Notes: generated by a model not told the origin, from the letters alone. Numbered from the stretch's first letter, positions 37,481-50,197 are shown. The stretch is DNA of 64,000 nt from an uncultured Gemmatimonadales bacterium (GCA_963851265.1 CAWKNZ010000002.1:1536001-1600000); one strand, 5' to 3'. Program-made: numbers and translations.

Positions 37481-39133
37481 CTAGTGCGCGTCGACGGCCA
37501 CGACGGGGCCCTTGGGGCGGCGCAGCAACAGCACCGCGGGTGCCACGACGACGAACGTGAGCAGCAACAGCAGCCATGCGTCGTTGAAGCTGAGAATCGA
37601 CGCCTGCGCCTGCGCCTGGCCGTCGAGCACCTTGAGCGCGGCCTGACGGGCCTCGTTCATCGAGGCGCCGCGTGCCATGAACGCGCCCATGGTCTGCTGC
37701 ACCCGCGTGTCGGTAAGCACCTGCCCGGTGACGAGGTGGCTCACCACGTCGCTGCGGTGCTGGTCGGTGTGGGTCGTGATGTAGTTCGCGAGGATCGCGA
37801 TGCCGAACGACCCACCGAGCTGGCGCGCTAGGTTGATGAGACCGGCCGCCTGCTGCGCCTCACTCGGCTTGAGCGCCGCGTACGCGACGTTGTTGATGGG
37901 CGTGAAGAGCATCCCCATCCCCGCCCCGCGGATCATCAGCGCGGTGCGCACGTCGGGCTCGCCGGCGGCCGTCGTGAGGTGGCCCATCTTCCACATCGAC
38001 ACCATGAAGAGCGCCATCCCGATCGCGATCAGGAGGCGCGCGTCGACCAGCGGCTTGGGACCGTTGAGCAGCCGCCCGCAGATGAGCGCGGTCACCGCCG
38101 TCGCGAGACCGCCGGGGAGCATCGCCAGCCCCGTCTCGGTGGGCGAAAAGTGCAGCAGACTCTGCGTGAACAGCGGGAAGATGAACGTGCCGCCGTACAG
38201 GCCGAAGCCGAGCGCGACGAACAGGAAGATGCTCGCGGCGAGCTGACGGTTCTTCAGCACGCGGAAGTTGACAACCGGATGCTTGTTGCGCGGCGTGAGC
38301 TCCCACCACAGCATCGCGATGAGCGCGACCACCGCCGTCGCGGTCAGGCGGACGATCCACTGGTCGCTAAACCAGTCCTTCGTGTTTCCCTCCTCAAGGA
38401 CGTACTGCAACGAGCCGAGCCCGAGCGTCAGCAATCCGATGCCCGCCCAATCGACGGGCACCCCGGTTTTCCGCATCCCCGGTGGATCGATCAGGAACGT
38501 ACTCACCAGGAACGTCGACAGGATCCCGATCGGCACGTTGATGAAGAAGCACCAGTTCCACGTGTAATTGTCGGTGATCCACCCGCCGAGCGTCGGGCCT
38601 AACGTCGGCGCGACGATGATGCCGAGCAGGAAGATGGCCTGCACGAGGCCCTGCTGCTCCGCCGGGAAGATCTGCCGGATCGTAGCCTGCGCGGTCGACA
38701 GGAGGGCCGCGCCGCCGGCGCCCTGCACGATGCGCCACAGCACGAGCTCGCCGAGCGAGTGCGAGTTGCCGCACAGCCACGACGAGATGATGAACAGGAT
38801 GATGGAAAACGTGAGGTAGCGCCGGCGCCCGAACCGTTCCGTGAAGAACGCGGTCATGGGCAGGAAGATCACGTTCGACAGGATGTAGCCTGTGGAGACC
38901 CAGCTGATCTCTTCCTGGGTCGCGCCCAGATTGCCGGCCATCTGCGGCAGCGCGACGTTGATGATCGTGGTGTCGAGGACCTCCATGATGGCCGCGGTGA
39001 TGAGGCCGAACAGGATGATCCACTTGTACTGGTTTTGCTCTGCCGCAAACGCCGCGGCCGCGCGGGCCGCTGCGGATGAGGCGGCGTTCGCGGCAGGCGG
39101 CCGCTGAACGGCCTCTCTGACGGTGGTTGCCAT
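37481..39133 (-). CDS. DHA2 (EmrB/QacA) MFS efflux permease
   Basis: MEVLDTTIINVALP, WVSTGY, APTLGPTLGGWIT, FFINVPIG, RQLGGSFGIA. Confidence 0.93.
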   Translation of the reverse strand: MATTVREAVQRPPAANAASSAAARAAAAFAAEQNQYKWIILFGLITAAIMEVLDTTIINVALPQMAGNLGATQEEISWVSTGYILSNVIFLPMTAFFTERFGRRRYLTFSIILFIISSWLCGNSHSLGELVLWRIVQGAGGAALLSTAQATIRQIFPAEQQGLVQAIFLLGIIVAPTLGPTLGGWITDNYTWNWCFFINVPIGILSTFLVSTFLIDPPGMRKTGVPVDWAGIGLLTLGLGSLQYVLEEGNTKDWFSDQWIVRLTATAVVALIAMLWWELTPRNKHPVVNFRVLKNRQLAASIFLFVALGFGLYGGTFIFPLFTQSLLHFSPTETGLAMLPGGLATAVTALICGRLLNGPKPLVDARLLIAIGMALFMVSMWKMGHLTTAAGEPDVRTALMIRGAGMGMLFTPINNVAYAALKPSEAQQAAGLINLARQLGGSFGIAILANYITTHTDQHRSDVVSHLVTGQVLTDTRVQQTMGAFMARGASMNEARQAALKVLDGQAQAQASILSFNDAWLLLLLTFVVVAPAVLLLRRPKGPVVAVDAH

Positions 39134-39179
39134 GCGCGAGTACGAGAAAACGGGTGGTGGCCGGCCGGTGACTACGACG

Positions 39180-39214
39180 CACGAACGGGCGCCGATGTCG
39201 GGCGCCCGTTCGTG
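39180..39214. terminator. Hairpin downstream of ftsH
   Basis: cacgaacgggcgcc-N7-ggcgcccgttcgtg, a 14-bp perfect inverted repeat 25 nt after the ftsH stop. Confidence 0.65.
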
Positions 39215-39238
39215 ACGTGCTGTGGTCCGACCCTGCGG

Positions 39239-41230
<1,992 letters not shown>

Positions 41231-41390
41231 GAACCTCTCACTTCCTGCGGACTGACCCGCGGTGTGCGCGCCGACCAGACACGTCCGCGACGGCGCGGGC
41301 GGCGGTGGCGTGCGATACTCGTGACGTGTGACTACAAAGTCGTGCGACTGCGGGACGAGCGACGATCCGACGTACGATTCCCCACAGAAC

Positions 41391-41407
41391 AGCAACTGCC
41401 TCGCCAG
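41391..41407 (-). promoter_or_regulatory. Putative sigma54 -24/-12 promoter upstream of ftsH
   Basis: CTGGCGAGGCAGTTGCT: TGGC…TTGCT with exact GG-N10-GC spacing, in the hpt-ftsH intergenic region. Confidence 0.45.
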
Positions 41408-41458
41408 CGCATTTGCGGTTCGTGCATCGGCCGCCCGCGCCGTCGGGCGACGGGCACC

Positions 41459-42067
41459 CTACGACGCGAGACTGGCCACGTACGGCACGTGCCGAAAGTG
41501 CTCCGCGTGGTCGAGGCCGTAGCCGACGAGAAACTCTTCGGGCGCGTCGAAGCCGACGAACCGAACCGGGTGCTCGAGATGCGACGCGATGCGCTTGTGG
41601 AGCAGCGCGCAGATCTCCAACGACCGCGGACTCCGCTGCCCGAGCAGCGCGACGAGCTTCTGGAGCGTACGCCCCGAATCGACGATGTCCTCTACCAGTA
41701 GAATGTGTTTACCCTCGAGCGAGGTTTCCGGGTCGTACACCAGCCGCACGTTTCCGCTCGACACCGTCGCGTCGCCGTAGCTCGACGCGACGATGAAGTC
41801 GACCTGCAACGGCCGGACGACCTGCCGCACGAGGTCGCTCAGGAAGATGAAGCTCCCCTTGAGCAGCCCGAGGACGAGCAACTCGCCGTCCGGGTACGTG
41901 CCGGTGATCTCCCGCCCGAGCGCCGCGACGCGTGCGGCGATTTCCTGCTCGGTATACACCACGCGCCGCAATTTGCGCCCGGCGAGACGCGGGTCGCGAG
42001 CGGGATCGCCGCCCGGCGCGGAGGGCGCGTCGCGCGCGGGCCAGAAGGTCGAGGCGGGATCGGTCAC
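41459..42067 (-). CDS. hpt: Hypoxanthine phosphoribosyltransferase
   Basis: GLLKGSFIF, LLVEDIVDSGRT, FLVGYGLD; tilS-hpt-ftsH synteny. Confidence 0.95.
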   Translation of the reverse strand: MTDPASTFWPARDAPSAPGGDPARDPRLAGRKLRRVVYTEQEIAARVAALGREITGTYPDGELLVLGLLKGSFIFLSDLVRQVVRPLQVDFIVASSYGDATVSSGNVRLVYDPETSLEGKHILLVEDIVDSGRTLQKLVALLGQRSPRSLEICALLHKRIASHLEHPVRFVGFDAPEEFLVGYGLDHAEHFRHVPYVASLAS

Positions 42068-42101
42068 GGCGGAAGGTGGAAGGCGGGCGGAAGTCAAGCG
42101 G

Positions 42102-43124
42102 TTATGCGTAATCGGACGACACCGGACCCGCCACACCAACCGCCCGGCCGACGGTGAAGTGCCAGCCGCGCCGGCCCGGGTCGCGCGAGTACTCGAGGTC
42201 GAGGGCGCCGCGCGCGATCGGGATGCGGCACCGCTGCACGGTGCCGTCACGCACGCGGGCGACCGCGGCCCGCGTGTACGCCACGAGCCGCGCCACCGCT
42301 CGGCGGTCGAGCCGCACGCCGGCGCGCGCCGCACGCGCCGGCCAGAACACGGCGAGCGACTCCGGGTCGCACGCCGCGAGTGCGGCGACGGGGAGCTTCG
42401 CGGGAAGTCGCTCGCTCCACGCGTCCACGCCGGCACGCCACCGTGCGGCGTCGGCCGCGACCGCGACGAGGCGCGCGGCGGCCTGCGGGCGCACGCGGGT
42501 CACCGCCGGGAGCAGGTCGGCGCGCAGGCGCGCGCGCAGATGTCGCCGGTCGCCGTTCGATGGATCGACGTCCCATCCGATCGCGTGCGCGGCCGCGTAC
42601 GCCGCGACGTCGGCGCGCCCGACCGCGAGGAGCGGACGCACGATGGCGAGCGACGGATCGGGCGCCCGCATCGCCGCGAGCCCACGCGCGCCCGCGGCGC
42701 GTAGCGCGCGGATCACCACGGTCTCGACCTGGTCGTCGCGCGTGTGGGCGGTGGCGATCGCCACCGCCCCGACCGCGGCCGCGGTCGACCACAGAAAGTG
42801 CCACCGGGCCTCTCGCCACTCCGCTTCGGTGCGCCCGGCGCGCGCCGCCTCGCCCGCGATCACCTCGACGCCGAGCGCGCGCGCCGTCTCGCACACGCGA
42901 GCGACGGCCGCCGAGGCGTGCGGACCCGTTCCGTGGTCGAAGGTCGCGACGGCGCGCACCGCCGCGCGCGACTCGAGCATCGCCGCGTGAAGGAGCACCA
43001 TGCTGTCGCGGCCACCCGATACGGCGAGGAGCGCCCCGCACGGAGTCGTGTCGGACCCGATGCCCCGATCGTCCGCCGCGAACGGACGCAGCGCGTCGGC
43101 GACCGCGCCGGCTACCGGCGTCAT
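42102..43124 (-). CDS. tilS: tRNA(Ile)-lysidine synthetase (short C-terminus)
   Basis: AVSGGRDS, DHG, TAHTRDDQVET, RPLL, DPSN. Confidence 0.9.
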   Translation of the reverse strand: MTPVAGAVADALRPFAADDRGIGSDTTPCGALLAVSGGRDSMVLLHAAMLESRAAVRAVATFDHGTGPHASAAVARVCETARALGVEVIAGEAARAGRTEAEWREARWHFLWSTAAAVGAVAIATAHTRDDQVETVVIRALRAAGARGLAAMRAPDPSLAIVRPLLAVGRADVAAYAAAHAIGWDVDPSNGDRRHLRARLRADLLPAVTRVRPQAAARLVAVAADAARWRAGVDAWSERLPAKLPVAALAACDPESLAVFWPARAARAGVRLDRRAVARLVAYTRAAVARVRDGTVQRCRIPIARGALDLEYSRDPGRRGWHFTVGRAVGVAGPVSSDYA

Positions 43125-43264
43125 GCCGCGCAACGCACGGCGTCCGCCGGGCACGCGCCGGCCCGCGTCGTGCGCCTGGACGCGACCGTCGCGTGTGTCA
43201 TCGCTACCTGAGCCCCCCGGCGCTCGCTACGTTTCCGCCGCTCGCACACCCTCGGGAGAACGTC

Positions 43265-43456
43265 TTGGAACACAACAACTACTTCGGTACGGCGTGGGCC
43301 GCGTTGGGGATGACGGCCTACTACCTCGCGCTGGTCTGGATCAACACCCTGCTCGGGTTGTTCCTGACGCCCCTCTTCCTGATCCCGATGACGTGGCTGC
43401 AGGACCGGATGGCCGCCCGTCGCCAGCCCGTGCGCGAGCCGCAGCCCGTTCGCTAG
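43265..43456 (+). CDS. 63-aa small membrane protein
   Basis: GGGAG SD before TTG; MEHNNYFGTAWAALGMTAYYLALVWINTLLGLFLTPLFLIPMTWLQDRMAARRQPVREPQPVR; strong GC3 bias. Confidence 0.7.
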   Translation: MEHNNYFGTAWAALGMTAYYLALVWINTLLGLFLTPLFLIPMTWLQDRMAARRQPVREPQPVR

Positions 43457-43466
43457 GCGCGCGGTT

Positions 43467-43499
43467 GCCGGGCCCCGCACGCGGCGTGCGGGGCCCGGC
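43467..43499. terminator. Bidirectional terminator-like hairpin
   Basis: gccgggccccgcacgc-g-gcgtgcggggcccggc, a 16-bp inverted repeat between convergent genes. Confidence 0.65.
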
Positions 43500-43514
43500 G
43501 TGCGTTCGCGCCGG

Positions 43515-44882
43515 TCAGTCGCGCGCACCGCGCGCTACCGCCGTTGCAGGCACTGCCGCGAACGCGCCGATCTCGTCGGGTGGGAGGTAAACGCTGCCCC
43601 CGACGCCGCTGCCGCGGCCGACGAGGTCGGCGCTCTCGCCTTGGTACGCGCTCTCGCCGTGCTCCGAGATGTCGACGCCGTCGATCTCGTCGGGCACGCT
43701 CACCCGGAGCGGCGAGACCGCGCGGACGAGCGCGAGGATGCCCACCGTCAGCGTCCCGGCCCAGGCGACCGTGGCAAGAACGGCGATGGCCTGCACGACG
43801 AGCTGGTGCGGGTTGCCGGCGAGCAGCCCGTCGGCGCCGCTCGGATTCACGGCCTTCGTCGCGAACACGCCCGTCAGCAGCGCGCCGACGATGCCGCCGA
43901 TACCGTGGCAGGCGAACACGTCGAGCGAATCGTCGACGCGCGTGCGCGCCCGCAGATGGAGCGCGCCGAAGCTCGCCGCGGCGGCGAGCACCCCGATGAT
44001 GATCGCGCTGGCCGGCGTGACGTACCCCGCCGCGGGGGTGATCGCGACGAGGCCGACCACCGCGCCCGTCGCGGCGCCAACGGCCGACGGCCGTCCGCCC
44101 TTGAACGTCTCCAGGGCCAACCACGCGAGGAGCGCCGCCGAGGCCGCGACGTGCGTCGTCATCGCCGCGTTCGACGCGATGCCGTCGGCCGCGAGCGCCG
44201 AGCCCGCGTTGAAGCCGAACCAGCCGAACCACAGGAGCCCCGCGCCGAGGAGCACGAACGGCACGTTGTGCGGAACGGGTGGCCGACTCTCGATCGCGCG
44301 GCGTCGGCCCAACGTGAGCGCCGCGACGAGCGCCGCCGCGCCCGCGGAAATGTGGACGACCGTCCCACCGGCGAAGTCAAGCGCGCCGAGCTGCTTGAGC
44401 CAGCCTCCGTCGCCCCACACCCAGTGCGCGAGCGGATCGTAGACGAACGTGGACCAGAGGAGTGCGAACATCAGGTACGCGGCGAACCGCATGCGCTCGA
44501 CGACGGCACCGGAGATGAGCGCGAAGGTGATGCCCGCGAACATCGCCTGGTATGCCGCGTAGAGCACGTGCGGCACGCCCGCGGCGTACGTGGTGTTGAC
44601 CGTCGCCCCGACGCCGGTCAGGAAGCGCCAGTCGAGTCCACCGATCCAGCGTGACCCGGGCGCGAACGCGAGCGAGTACCCCACGACCACCCACTGCACG
44701 GTGACGAGCGCGAGCGACGCGATGCTCATGAGCATCGTGTTCAGCGCGCTCTTCCCGCGTACGAGGCCACCGTAGAAGAACGCGAGCCCGGGTACCATGA
44801 CCATCACGAGCGCCGTCGAGACCAACACCCACGCGGTGTCGCCCGCACTGACGGTCGCGGGAGAGGGAGGCGCCTGGATCAC
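43515..44882 (-). CDS. amtB: Ammonium transporter
   Basis: PGLAFFYGG, DFAGGTVVH, LWFGWFGFNAGS, DDSLDVFACHG (twin His); GTG overlaps the glnK stop. Confidence 0.95.
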   Translation of the reverse strand: MIQAPPSPATVSAGDTAWVLVSTALVMVMVPGLAFFYGGLVRGKSALNTMLMSIASLALVTVQWVVVGYSLAFAPGSRWIGGLDWRFLTGVGATVNTTYAAGVPHVLYAAYQAMFAGITFALISGAVVERMRFAAYLMFALLWSTFVYDPLAHWVWGDGGWLKQLGALDFAGGTVVHISAGAAALVAALTLGRRRAIESRPPVPHNVPFVLLGAGLLWFGWFGFNAGSALAADGIASNAAMTTHVAASAALLAWLALETFKGGRPSAVGAATGAVVGLVAITPAAGYVTPASAIIIGVLAAAASFGALHLRARTRVDDSLDVFACHGIGGIVGALLTGVFATKAVNPSGADGLLAGNPHQLVVQAIAVLATVAWAGTLTVGILALVRAVSPLRVSVPDEIDGVDISEHGESAYQGESADLVGRGSGVGGSVYLPPDEIGAFAAVPATAVARGARD

Positions 44883-45292
44883 GAACGGCCCTCCGTCACG
44901 CCCGCGGTCGCCAGGTCGCGCTCGCGGCGCTGCACGGCGCTCGCCGTCACCGGCGTGAGTGCCGCGACGTCGCGCTCCCCGGTCCGGATGCGGATCACCT
45001 GCTCGAGCGGCTGGACGAAGATCTTGCCGTCGCCGACCTCGCCCGTCCGCGCGGCGGCGAGAATCGCCTGGATGCACGGCTCGACGAACGGCTCGGAGCA
45101 CGCCATCTCGAGGCGCACCTTGTCGTGGAACTCGAGCACGACGGTCTCGGCGCGGTAGCGCTGGACGACTTCGCGCTCGCCGCCGTGCCCGGCGACCCGC
45201 GAGATGGTCACGCCGGTGACCCCGACGCGGAAGAGTGCCGCCTTGACGTCGGGGAGGCGCTCCGGGCGGATGATCGCAGTGATGAGCTTCAC
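44879..45292 (-). CDS. glnK: PII nitrogen regulatory protein
   Basis: MKLITAIIRP…ARTGEVGDGKIFV…VIRIRTGE; directly upstream of amt. Confidence 0.92.
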   Translation of the reverse strand: MKLITAIIRPERLPDVKAALFRVGVTGVTISRVAGHGGEREVVQRYRAETVVLEFHDKVRLEMACSEPFVEPCIQAILAAARTGEVGDGKIFVQPLEQVIRIRTGERDVAALTPVTASAVQRRERDLATAGVTEGRS

Positions 45293-45369
45293 GGGCTGGG
45301 CGGGTGGCGGGGGACCGATCGCACGACGCTACCTTCGAGGCCTTACTGGAACTCTCACCCGTCTGGCCG

Positions 45370-48300
45370 GTGCGTCAATCCACCCCGCCGTTCGCGCGCG
45401 CCGCGCGCACGGTGTTTGGTACGATCTTTAGCGTCTCGACCGTCGCCGCCGGCGCAGTGGCACTGAACGCCGTCACCTCGCGGCAGGCGCTGGCGCAACG
45501 CTACACGCGCCCCGACGCCCGATGGGTGACCTTCGAGACGCCGCACTTCCGCTTCCATGCACCGGAGGACCTGGCCGGGTGGACGCGTGCGGTGGCTGAG
45601 CGAATGGAGGCGGTACGCGGGGCGGAGCTTCGGACCGTCGGGTACGTCCCGACCGCGAGGACCGACGTGGTCGTCGACGATCCGTTGAACGCGGCCAACG
45701 GGTCGGCGTACCCGTTCCTCGATGCGCCAGCCGTGTTTCTGTGGCCGGTCCCGCCCGACCCGCGCTCGTACATCGGGAACACGCGAAGCTGGGGCGAACT
45801 GCTCGCCGTGCACGAGTTCGCGCACATCGCGCACCTCACCCGCCCCTCGCGCAACGCGCGGCAACGGCTCCTCCGCGCGTTGCTCCCCGGACGCATCGGC
45901 CCGATCTCCACGCGGACGACGCGGTGGGTGTGGGAGGGCTACGCGACGTACGTCGAGGGCGTGGTGACCGGGTCCGGGCGTCCGCACGCGCCGCTGCGTG
46001 CGGCCGTGTTGCGGCGTTGGGCCCTGGACGGGGCGCTGCCGTCGTACGCCGGAATGAGCGGCGCGGGCGGGTACCTCGGCGGAAGCTTCGCCTACGTCAT
46101 GGGCTCGGCCTACCTCGAATGGCTCGGCGCGACGCGCGGCGATTCTTCGGTGACCGACGTGTGGCGTCGGCTCTCGGCGCGGGTGAACCGGTCGTTCGAT
46201 GCCGCGTTCACAGGCGTGTACGGCGACGGCCCGGCGACGCTGTATAACCGGTTCGTCGCGCAGGTCACCGTCGCCGCCGCCGCGGACCGGGCGCGGCTCG
46301 ACTCGGCCGGTCGCGTCGAGGGGGCGCTCGTGCAACGACTCAGTCGCTCGACCGGTGACCCCGCGGTCAGTCCGGACGGACGGCGGATCGCGATCGAGCT
46401 CGCGAACCCGGACGGGCCTTCGCGGGTCGTCGTGTGGCGCGCGGGCGCGGATGCCGCTCGCGACACCGCCGCCGACTCGGCGTACGCGCGCGCCCAGCGG
46501 CGCATCCTGCAGCGCGACCCCGAGGACGTCCCGGCCATCCGCGCATACCCGTTCCCCCGCACGCCCGTCGCGACGCTGCTCGCGGTCGACGGACGATCGC
46601 ACCACGACCCGCGCTGGTTCGCCGACGGCCGCCGTGTGCTCCTGTGGCGGTCAGAGCCGACGGGCGAAGACGTGGTTCGTCCGGACCTGTTCGTGTGGGA
46701 TACCCGTACCGGCGCACTGCGGCGCGTCACTCGCGGCGCGTCGGTGCGCGACGCCGACCCGTCTCCCGACGGACGGAGCGCGGCCGCGGTGCGGTGCGCC
46801 GCCGGACGGTGCGATCTCGTGCGTGTGGACCTCGCCTCGGGCGAGGTCCGCACGATCGTCGCGGGCACGTTCACGCGCACGTGGACGCGGCCGCGCTGGT
46901 CGCCCGACGGGCGGTATCTCGTGAGCCCCGTGCAGGACGGCGGCCGGTGGCGCCTGGCGCTCGTCAACGTGGCCGACCCGGCGGCTCCGGCGGGCGCGTA
47001 CACGTTCGCCACCCCCGACGACGGGGCCGAACGGTACGATGCGGTGTTCACCGCTGACGGCGGGTCACTCGTCTACACGTCGGAACGCGGCGGCGTGCCC
47101 AACGTGACGCGCCTCGCGCTCGAGGGGCACGCGGGCGCCGCCGCGGCGGAGCGCCCGTTGACGCGCGTGACGGGCGCGGCTTTCGCGGCGGCACCGAGCG
47201 CGGCAGAGCACGCCGTGTACTTCCTCGACCTCACGCCGCACGGCCTCGACCTGCGGCGCGTGGTGCCCGACAGCACTCCGGTGCGCGGCGACGTCGTGGA
47301 CCTCACGCCGCCGGCGACGCTACTGCCGCGCTCGCCGGCAGCCGCGGTGCAGGCGACGGTCGCATCGCGCCCGCCGGTTCCCGTCGACACCTTCGCCGTG
47401 ACCGCGGTGCGGCAGCACGCGTACGGCGCCGGGCCGCGGCACTACGCGGGGCTGCCGTTCGGCAGTGCCACCCCCGACGGGTTCGCGGTGGGACTGCAGC
47501 TGGCGAGCCTCGATCCCGTGGGCCGCGTCACGTGGCTGCTGCAAGGGCTGGCGAGTGATCCGCGCCCGTGGCATGGCGCGTCGCTCCGGGCGGCCTGGCG
47601 TGGACTGCCGGCCACCATCACGGGCGAAGTGTTCACCGCGTCGCAGTCGCTCGACGACCGGACGCGGCTCGCGGGTCGCGCGCCCGAGGATCCGGCCATC
47701 GCGCGGCGGACGCGGTACACCGCCGCGGCACTCTTTGCCGCGGGCGAACGGTGGCTCATCGCGGCGCCGGGCGGCGGCCGCGCGCCCGACGTTCGGCTCA
47801 CCGGTCGTTTGGGCGTCGTCGCCGGCCGCGCGCGGCAGGACAGCGCTGCGCCGGCGACCGACGACGACGGCCGCCGTCTCGCGCTCGCGGAGGCGGGCGT
47901 GCGCGTCGGCGGCGAGCGCGGCGACCACGGGCTGTACGGGCTCGTTGGCGGGCAGCTCGCGGCGGGGCGCACCGCCGGCGCGGACTGGCGGCGCGGCACC
48001 GTGAACGCGGCCGTCGGGGCGTACGGGGCGCGGTACGGATTGCGGCTCGATGGCACCTACGCTGCGGCCGGTGCCGCCGCCCCGGCGTACGAGCGGCCCG
48101 CGGTCGGCGGTGCCGCGCCCGGGCTGTTCGATCCGGGCGTGCTCTCGCAACGGCTCGTCTTCCCCGCCCTCCCGACCGCGTACCGCGCCGGCCGCGCCGC
48201 CGCGGTCACGCGCCTCGCGGTCACGGGGACGACGCTCGCGCCCTACGTCGCGGCCCTTACGGCTGGCGATAGGCTCGGTGCCTGGACGCGGGTGGCCGGC

Positions 48301-48441
48301 GTCGAGGCGCGGACCGCGACACCGTTCTTCCCGTTCGCGCGGGCGCCGCAGTCGCGGCTGGTCGCGGGCGTCGCCGAGATCTTCGACGGCCCGCTGCGCG
48401 ACCACACGCGCGGTTACGTCAGCGCCGCGTTCACGCCGTGA
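45370..48441 (+). CDS. Secreted multidomain protein: gluzincin-like (HEFAH) + TolB-like/PD40 beta-propeller + C-terminal beta-barrel-like region
   Basis: Signal peptide ending ALAQ; HEFAH…WVWEGYA; PAVSPDG, PRWFADG, PSPDG and PRWSPDG repeats; beta-strand-rich C-terminus; start uncertain (45304-45412). Confidence 0.75.
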   Translation: MRQSTPPFARAARTVFGTIFSVSTVAAGAVALNAVTSRQALAQRYTRPDARWVTFETPHFRFHAPEDLAGWTRAVAERMEAVRGAELRTVGYVPTARTDVVVDDPLNAANGSAYPFLDAPAVFLWPVPPDPRSYIGNTRSWGELLAVHEFAHIAHLTRPSRNARQRLLRALLPGRIGPISTRTTRWVWEGYATYVEGVVTGSGRPHAPLRAAVLRRWALDGALPSYAGMSGAGGYLGGSFAYVMGSAYLEWLGATRGDSSVTDVWRRLSARVNRSFDAAFTGVYGDGPATLYNRFVAQVTVAAAADRARLDSAGRVEGALVQRLSRSTGDPAVSPDGRRIAIELANPDGPSRVVVWRAGADAARDTAADSAYARAQRRILQRDPEDVPAIRAYPFPRTPVATLLAVDGRSHHDPRWFADGRRVLLWRSEPTGEDVVRPDLFVWDTRTGALRRVTRGASVRDADPSPDGRSAAAVRCAAGRCDLVRVDLASGEVRTIVAGTFTRTWTRPRWSPDGRYLVSPVQDGGRWRLALVNVADPAAPAGAYTFATPDDGAERYDAVFTADGGSLVYTSERGGVPNVTRLALEGHAGAAAAERPLTRVTGAAFAAAPSAAEHAVYFLDLTPHGLDLRRVVPDSTPVRGDVVDLTPPATLLPRSPAAAVQATVASRPPVPVDTFAVTAVRQHAYGAGPRHYAGLPFGSATPDGFAVGLQLASLDPVGRVTWLLQGLASDPRPWHGASLRAAWRGLPATITGEVFTASQSLDDRTRLAGRAPEDPAIARRTRYTAAALFAAGERWLIAAPGGGRAPDVRLTGRLGVVAGRARQDSAAPATDDDGRRLALAEAGVRVGGERGDHGLYGLVGGQLAAGRTAGADWRRGTVNAAVGAYGARYGLRLDGTYAAAGAAAPAYERPAVGGAAPGLFDPGVLSQRLVFPALPTAYRAGRAAAVTRLAVTGTTLAPYVAALTAGDRLGAWTRVAGVEARTATPFFPFARAPQSRLVAGVAEIFDGPLRDHTRGYVSAAFTP

Positions 48442-50108
48442 CCGCGGAGCGGGTCGCCGTGCGGCGGCTCCGGGTCGGAGGCGTCGCCCGGAACCGCGGC
48501 CTCCGCCCCGTCCAGGAGCGCGTACGCGCCTAACGTGAGGAACTCCTCGAACCGCTCGCTCAACACCAGGCGGTCGAGGAGGGAGGCGGCGTCGCGCAGG
48601 CGGTGGACCGTGCCCGCGCGTTCGGCCTCCAGCGCGTCGAGCTGGCCGGCGCGGACGGTCCGATAGTGGTCGGCGGTGATCGACGTCCCCTCGGCCGTGG
48701 TCACCCCGCGGTGAACCCACTGCCAGAGCTGCGCGCGCGAGATCTCCGCCGTGGCCGCGTCCTCCATCAGGTTGTGGATCGCGACCGCGCCCGCGCCGCG
48801 GAGCCACGCTTCGAGGTACTGGAGCGCGACGTCGACGTTCAGGCGCACCCCGGCGTCGGTGACCGTCCCGCCCGGGACGTGCAGGTCGGCGATGGCGTGC
48901 GCGTCGCGGACGACGTCGTCGCGCAGGCGCTCCTTCTGGTTCGCGCGGTCGCCGAGCTGCGCGGCGAAGACGTCCATCGCGACCGGCACGAGGTCGGGGT
49001 GCGCGACCCACGTCCCGTCGAACCCGTCGCCCGCCTCGCGCAGCTTGTCCTCGCGCACGCGCGCTACGGCCGCCTCGGTCACGGCAGCGTCCCGCCGGTT
49101 GGGGATGAACGCCGCCATCCCGCCGATCGCGTGCGCGCCGCGGCGGTGGCAGGTCTGGACGAGCAACTCGGTGTACGCGCGCATGAACGGCACCGTCATC
49201 GTGACCTGGGAGCGGTCGGGGAGCACGGGCGCGCCGGGGAGCACGCCGAGCTTCTTGATGGCCGAGAAGATGTAGTCCCAGCGGCCCGCGTTGAGCCCCG
49301 ACGCGTGGTCGCGCAGCTCGTAGAGGATCTCGTCCATCGCGAACGCGGCAAGGATGGTCTCGACGAGCACCGTGGCGCGCACGCTCCCGTGCGGGATGCC
49401 TAACGCCTGCTGCGCGTACACGAACGCGTCGTTCCACAGCCGCGCTTCGTCGCGCGCCTCTAGCTTCGGGATATAGAAGTACGGCCCCGTCCCGCGCGCG
49501 AGCGCCTCCGCGGCGTTGTGGTACATGTGGAGCCCGAAGTCGAACAGCGACCCCGAGACCGGTCGCCCGTCGACGAGCACGTGCGACTCGTCGAGGTGCC
49601 AGCCGCGCGGGCGCACGAGCAGCGTCGCGGTCGCGTCGCGCAGCGCGTAGCGCTTGCCGCCCTGCTCCATCTCGAGCGTACGGCGGACGGCGTCCATGAG
49701 GTTGCCCTGCCCGTCGACGACGTTGCGCCACGTCGGGCTGTTCGCGTCCTCGAGGTCCGCCATGAAGCAGTCCGCGCCCGAGTTGAGCGCGTTGATCATC
49801 ATCTTGCGGTCGACCGGGCCGGTGATCTCGACGCGGCGCCGTTCGAGGTCGGGCGGGGTGGACGCGACGCGCCAGTCGCCGGCGCGCACGCCGGCGCCGT
49901 CCGCGCCGAACTCCAGCGGTTCGCCGGCGGCGAGCCGCGCCTGCCGCTCCCGCCGCGCGTCCAACAGCTCGCGGCGCCGCGCGCCGAACCTGCGATCGAG
50001 GTCCGCCACGAAGGCGAGCGCCTCGGGCGTGAGCACGCGATCAGCGTCGGCGGGCAACTCGCCCGACGCCGGCGGACGGATTTCGACTCCCGAGGGAAGC
50101 GCGGACAT
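48414..50108 (-). CDS. aceB: Malate synthase A
   Basis: [56 protein letters not shown]. Confidence 0.96.
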   Translation of the reverse strand: MSALPSGVEIRPPASGELPADADRVLTPEALAFVADLDRRFGARRRELLDARRERQARLAAGEPLEFGADGAGVRAGDWRVASTPPDLERRRVEITGPVDRKMMINALNSGADCFMADLEDANSPTWRNVVDGQGNLMDAVRRTLEMEQGGKRYALRDATATLLVRPRGWHLDESHVLVDGRPVSGSLFDFGLHMYHNAAEALARGTGPYFYIPKLEARDEARLWNDAFVYAQQALGIPHGSVRATVLVETILAAFAMDEILYELRDHASGLNAGRWDYIFSAIKKLGVLPGAPVLPDRSQVTMTVPFMRAYTELLVQTCHRRGAHAIGGMAAFIPNRRDAAVTEAAVARVREDKLREAGDGFDGTWVAHPDLVPVAMDVFAAQLGDRANQKERLRDDVVRDAHAIADLHVPGGTVTDAGVRLNVDVALQYLEAWLRGAGAVAIHNLMEDAATAEISRAQLWQWVHRGVTTAEGTSITADHYRTVRAGQLDALEAERAGTVHRLRDAASLLDRLVLSERFEEFLTLGAYALLDGAEAAVPGDASDPEPPHGDPLRGHGVNAALT

Positions 50109-50197
50109 GCAGAGCTCGGCTGAAGACGGGGCATGACGACGGGGCGGTCGCGCCGTCGCACCGTAGGGAATTGCCGCAGGGGAACTAACTTGCGCGC

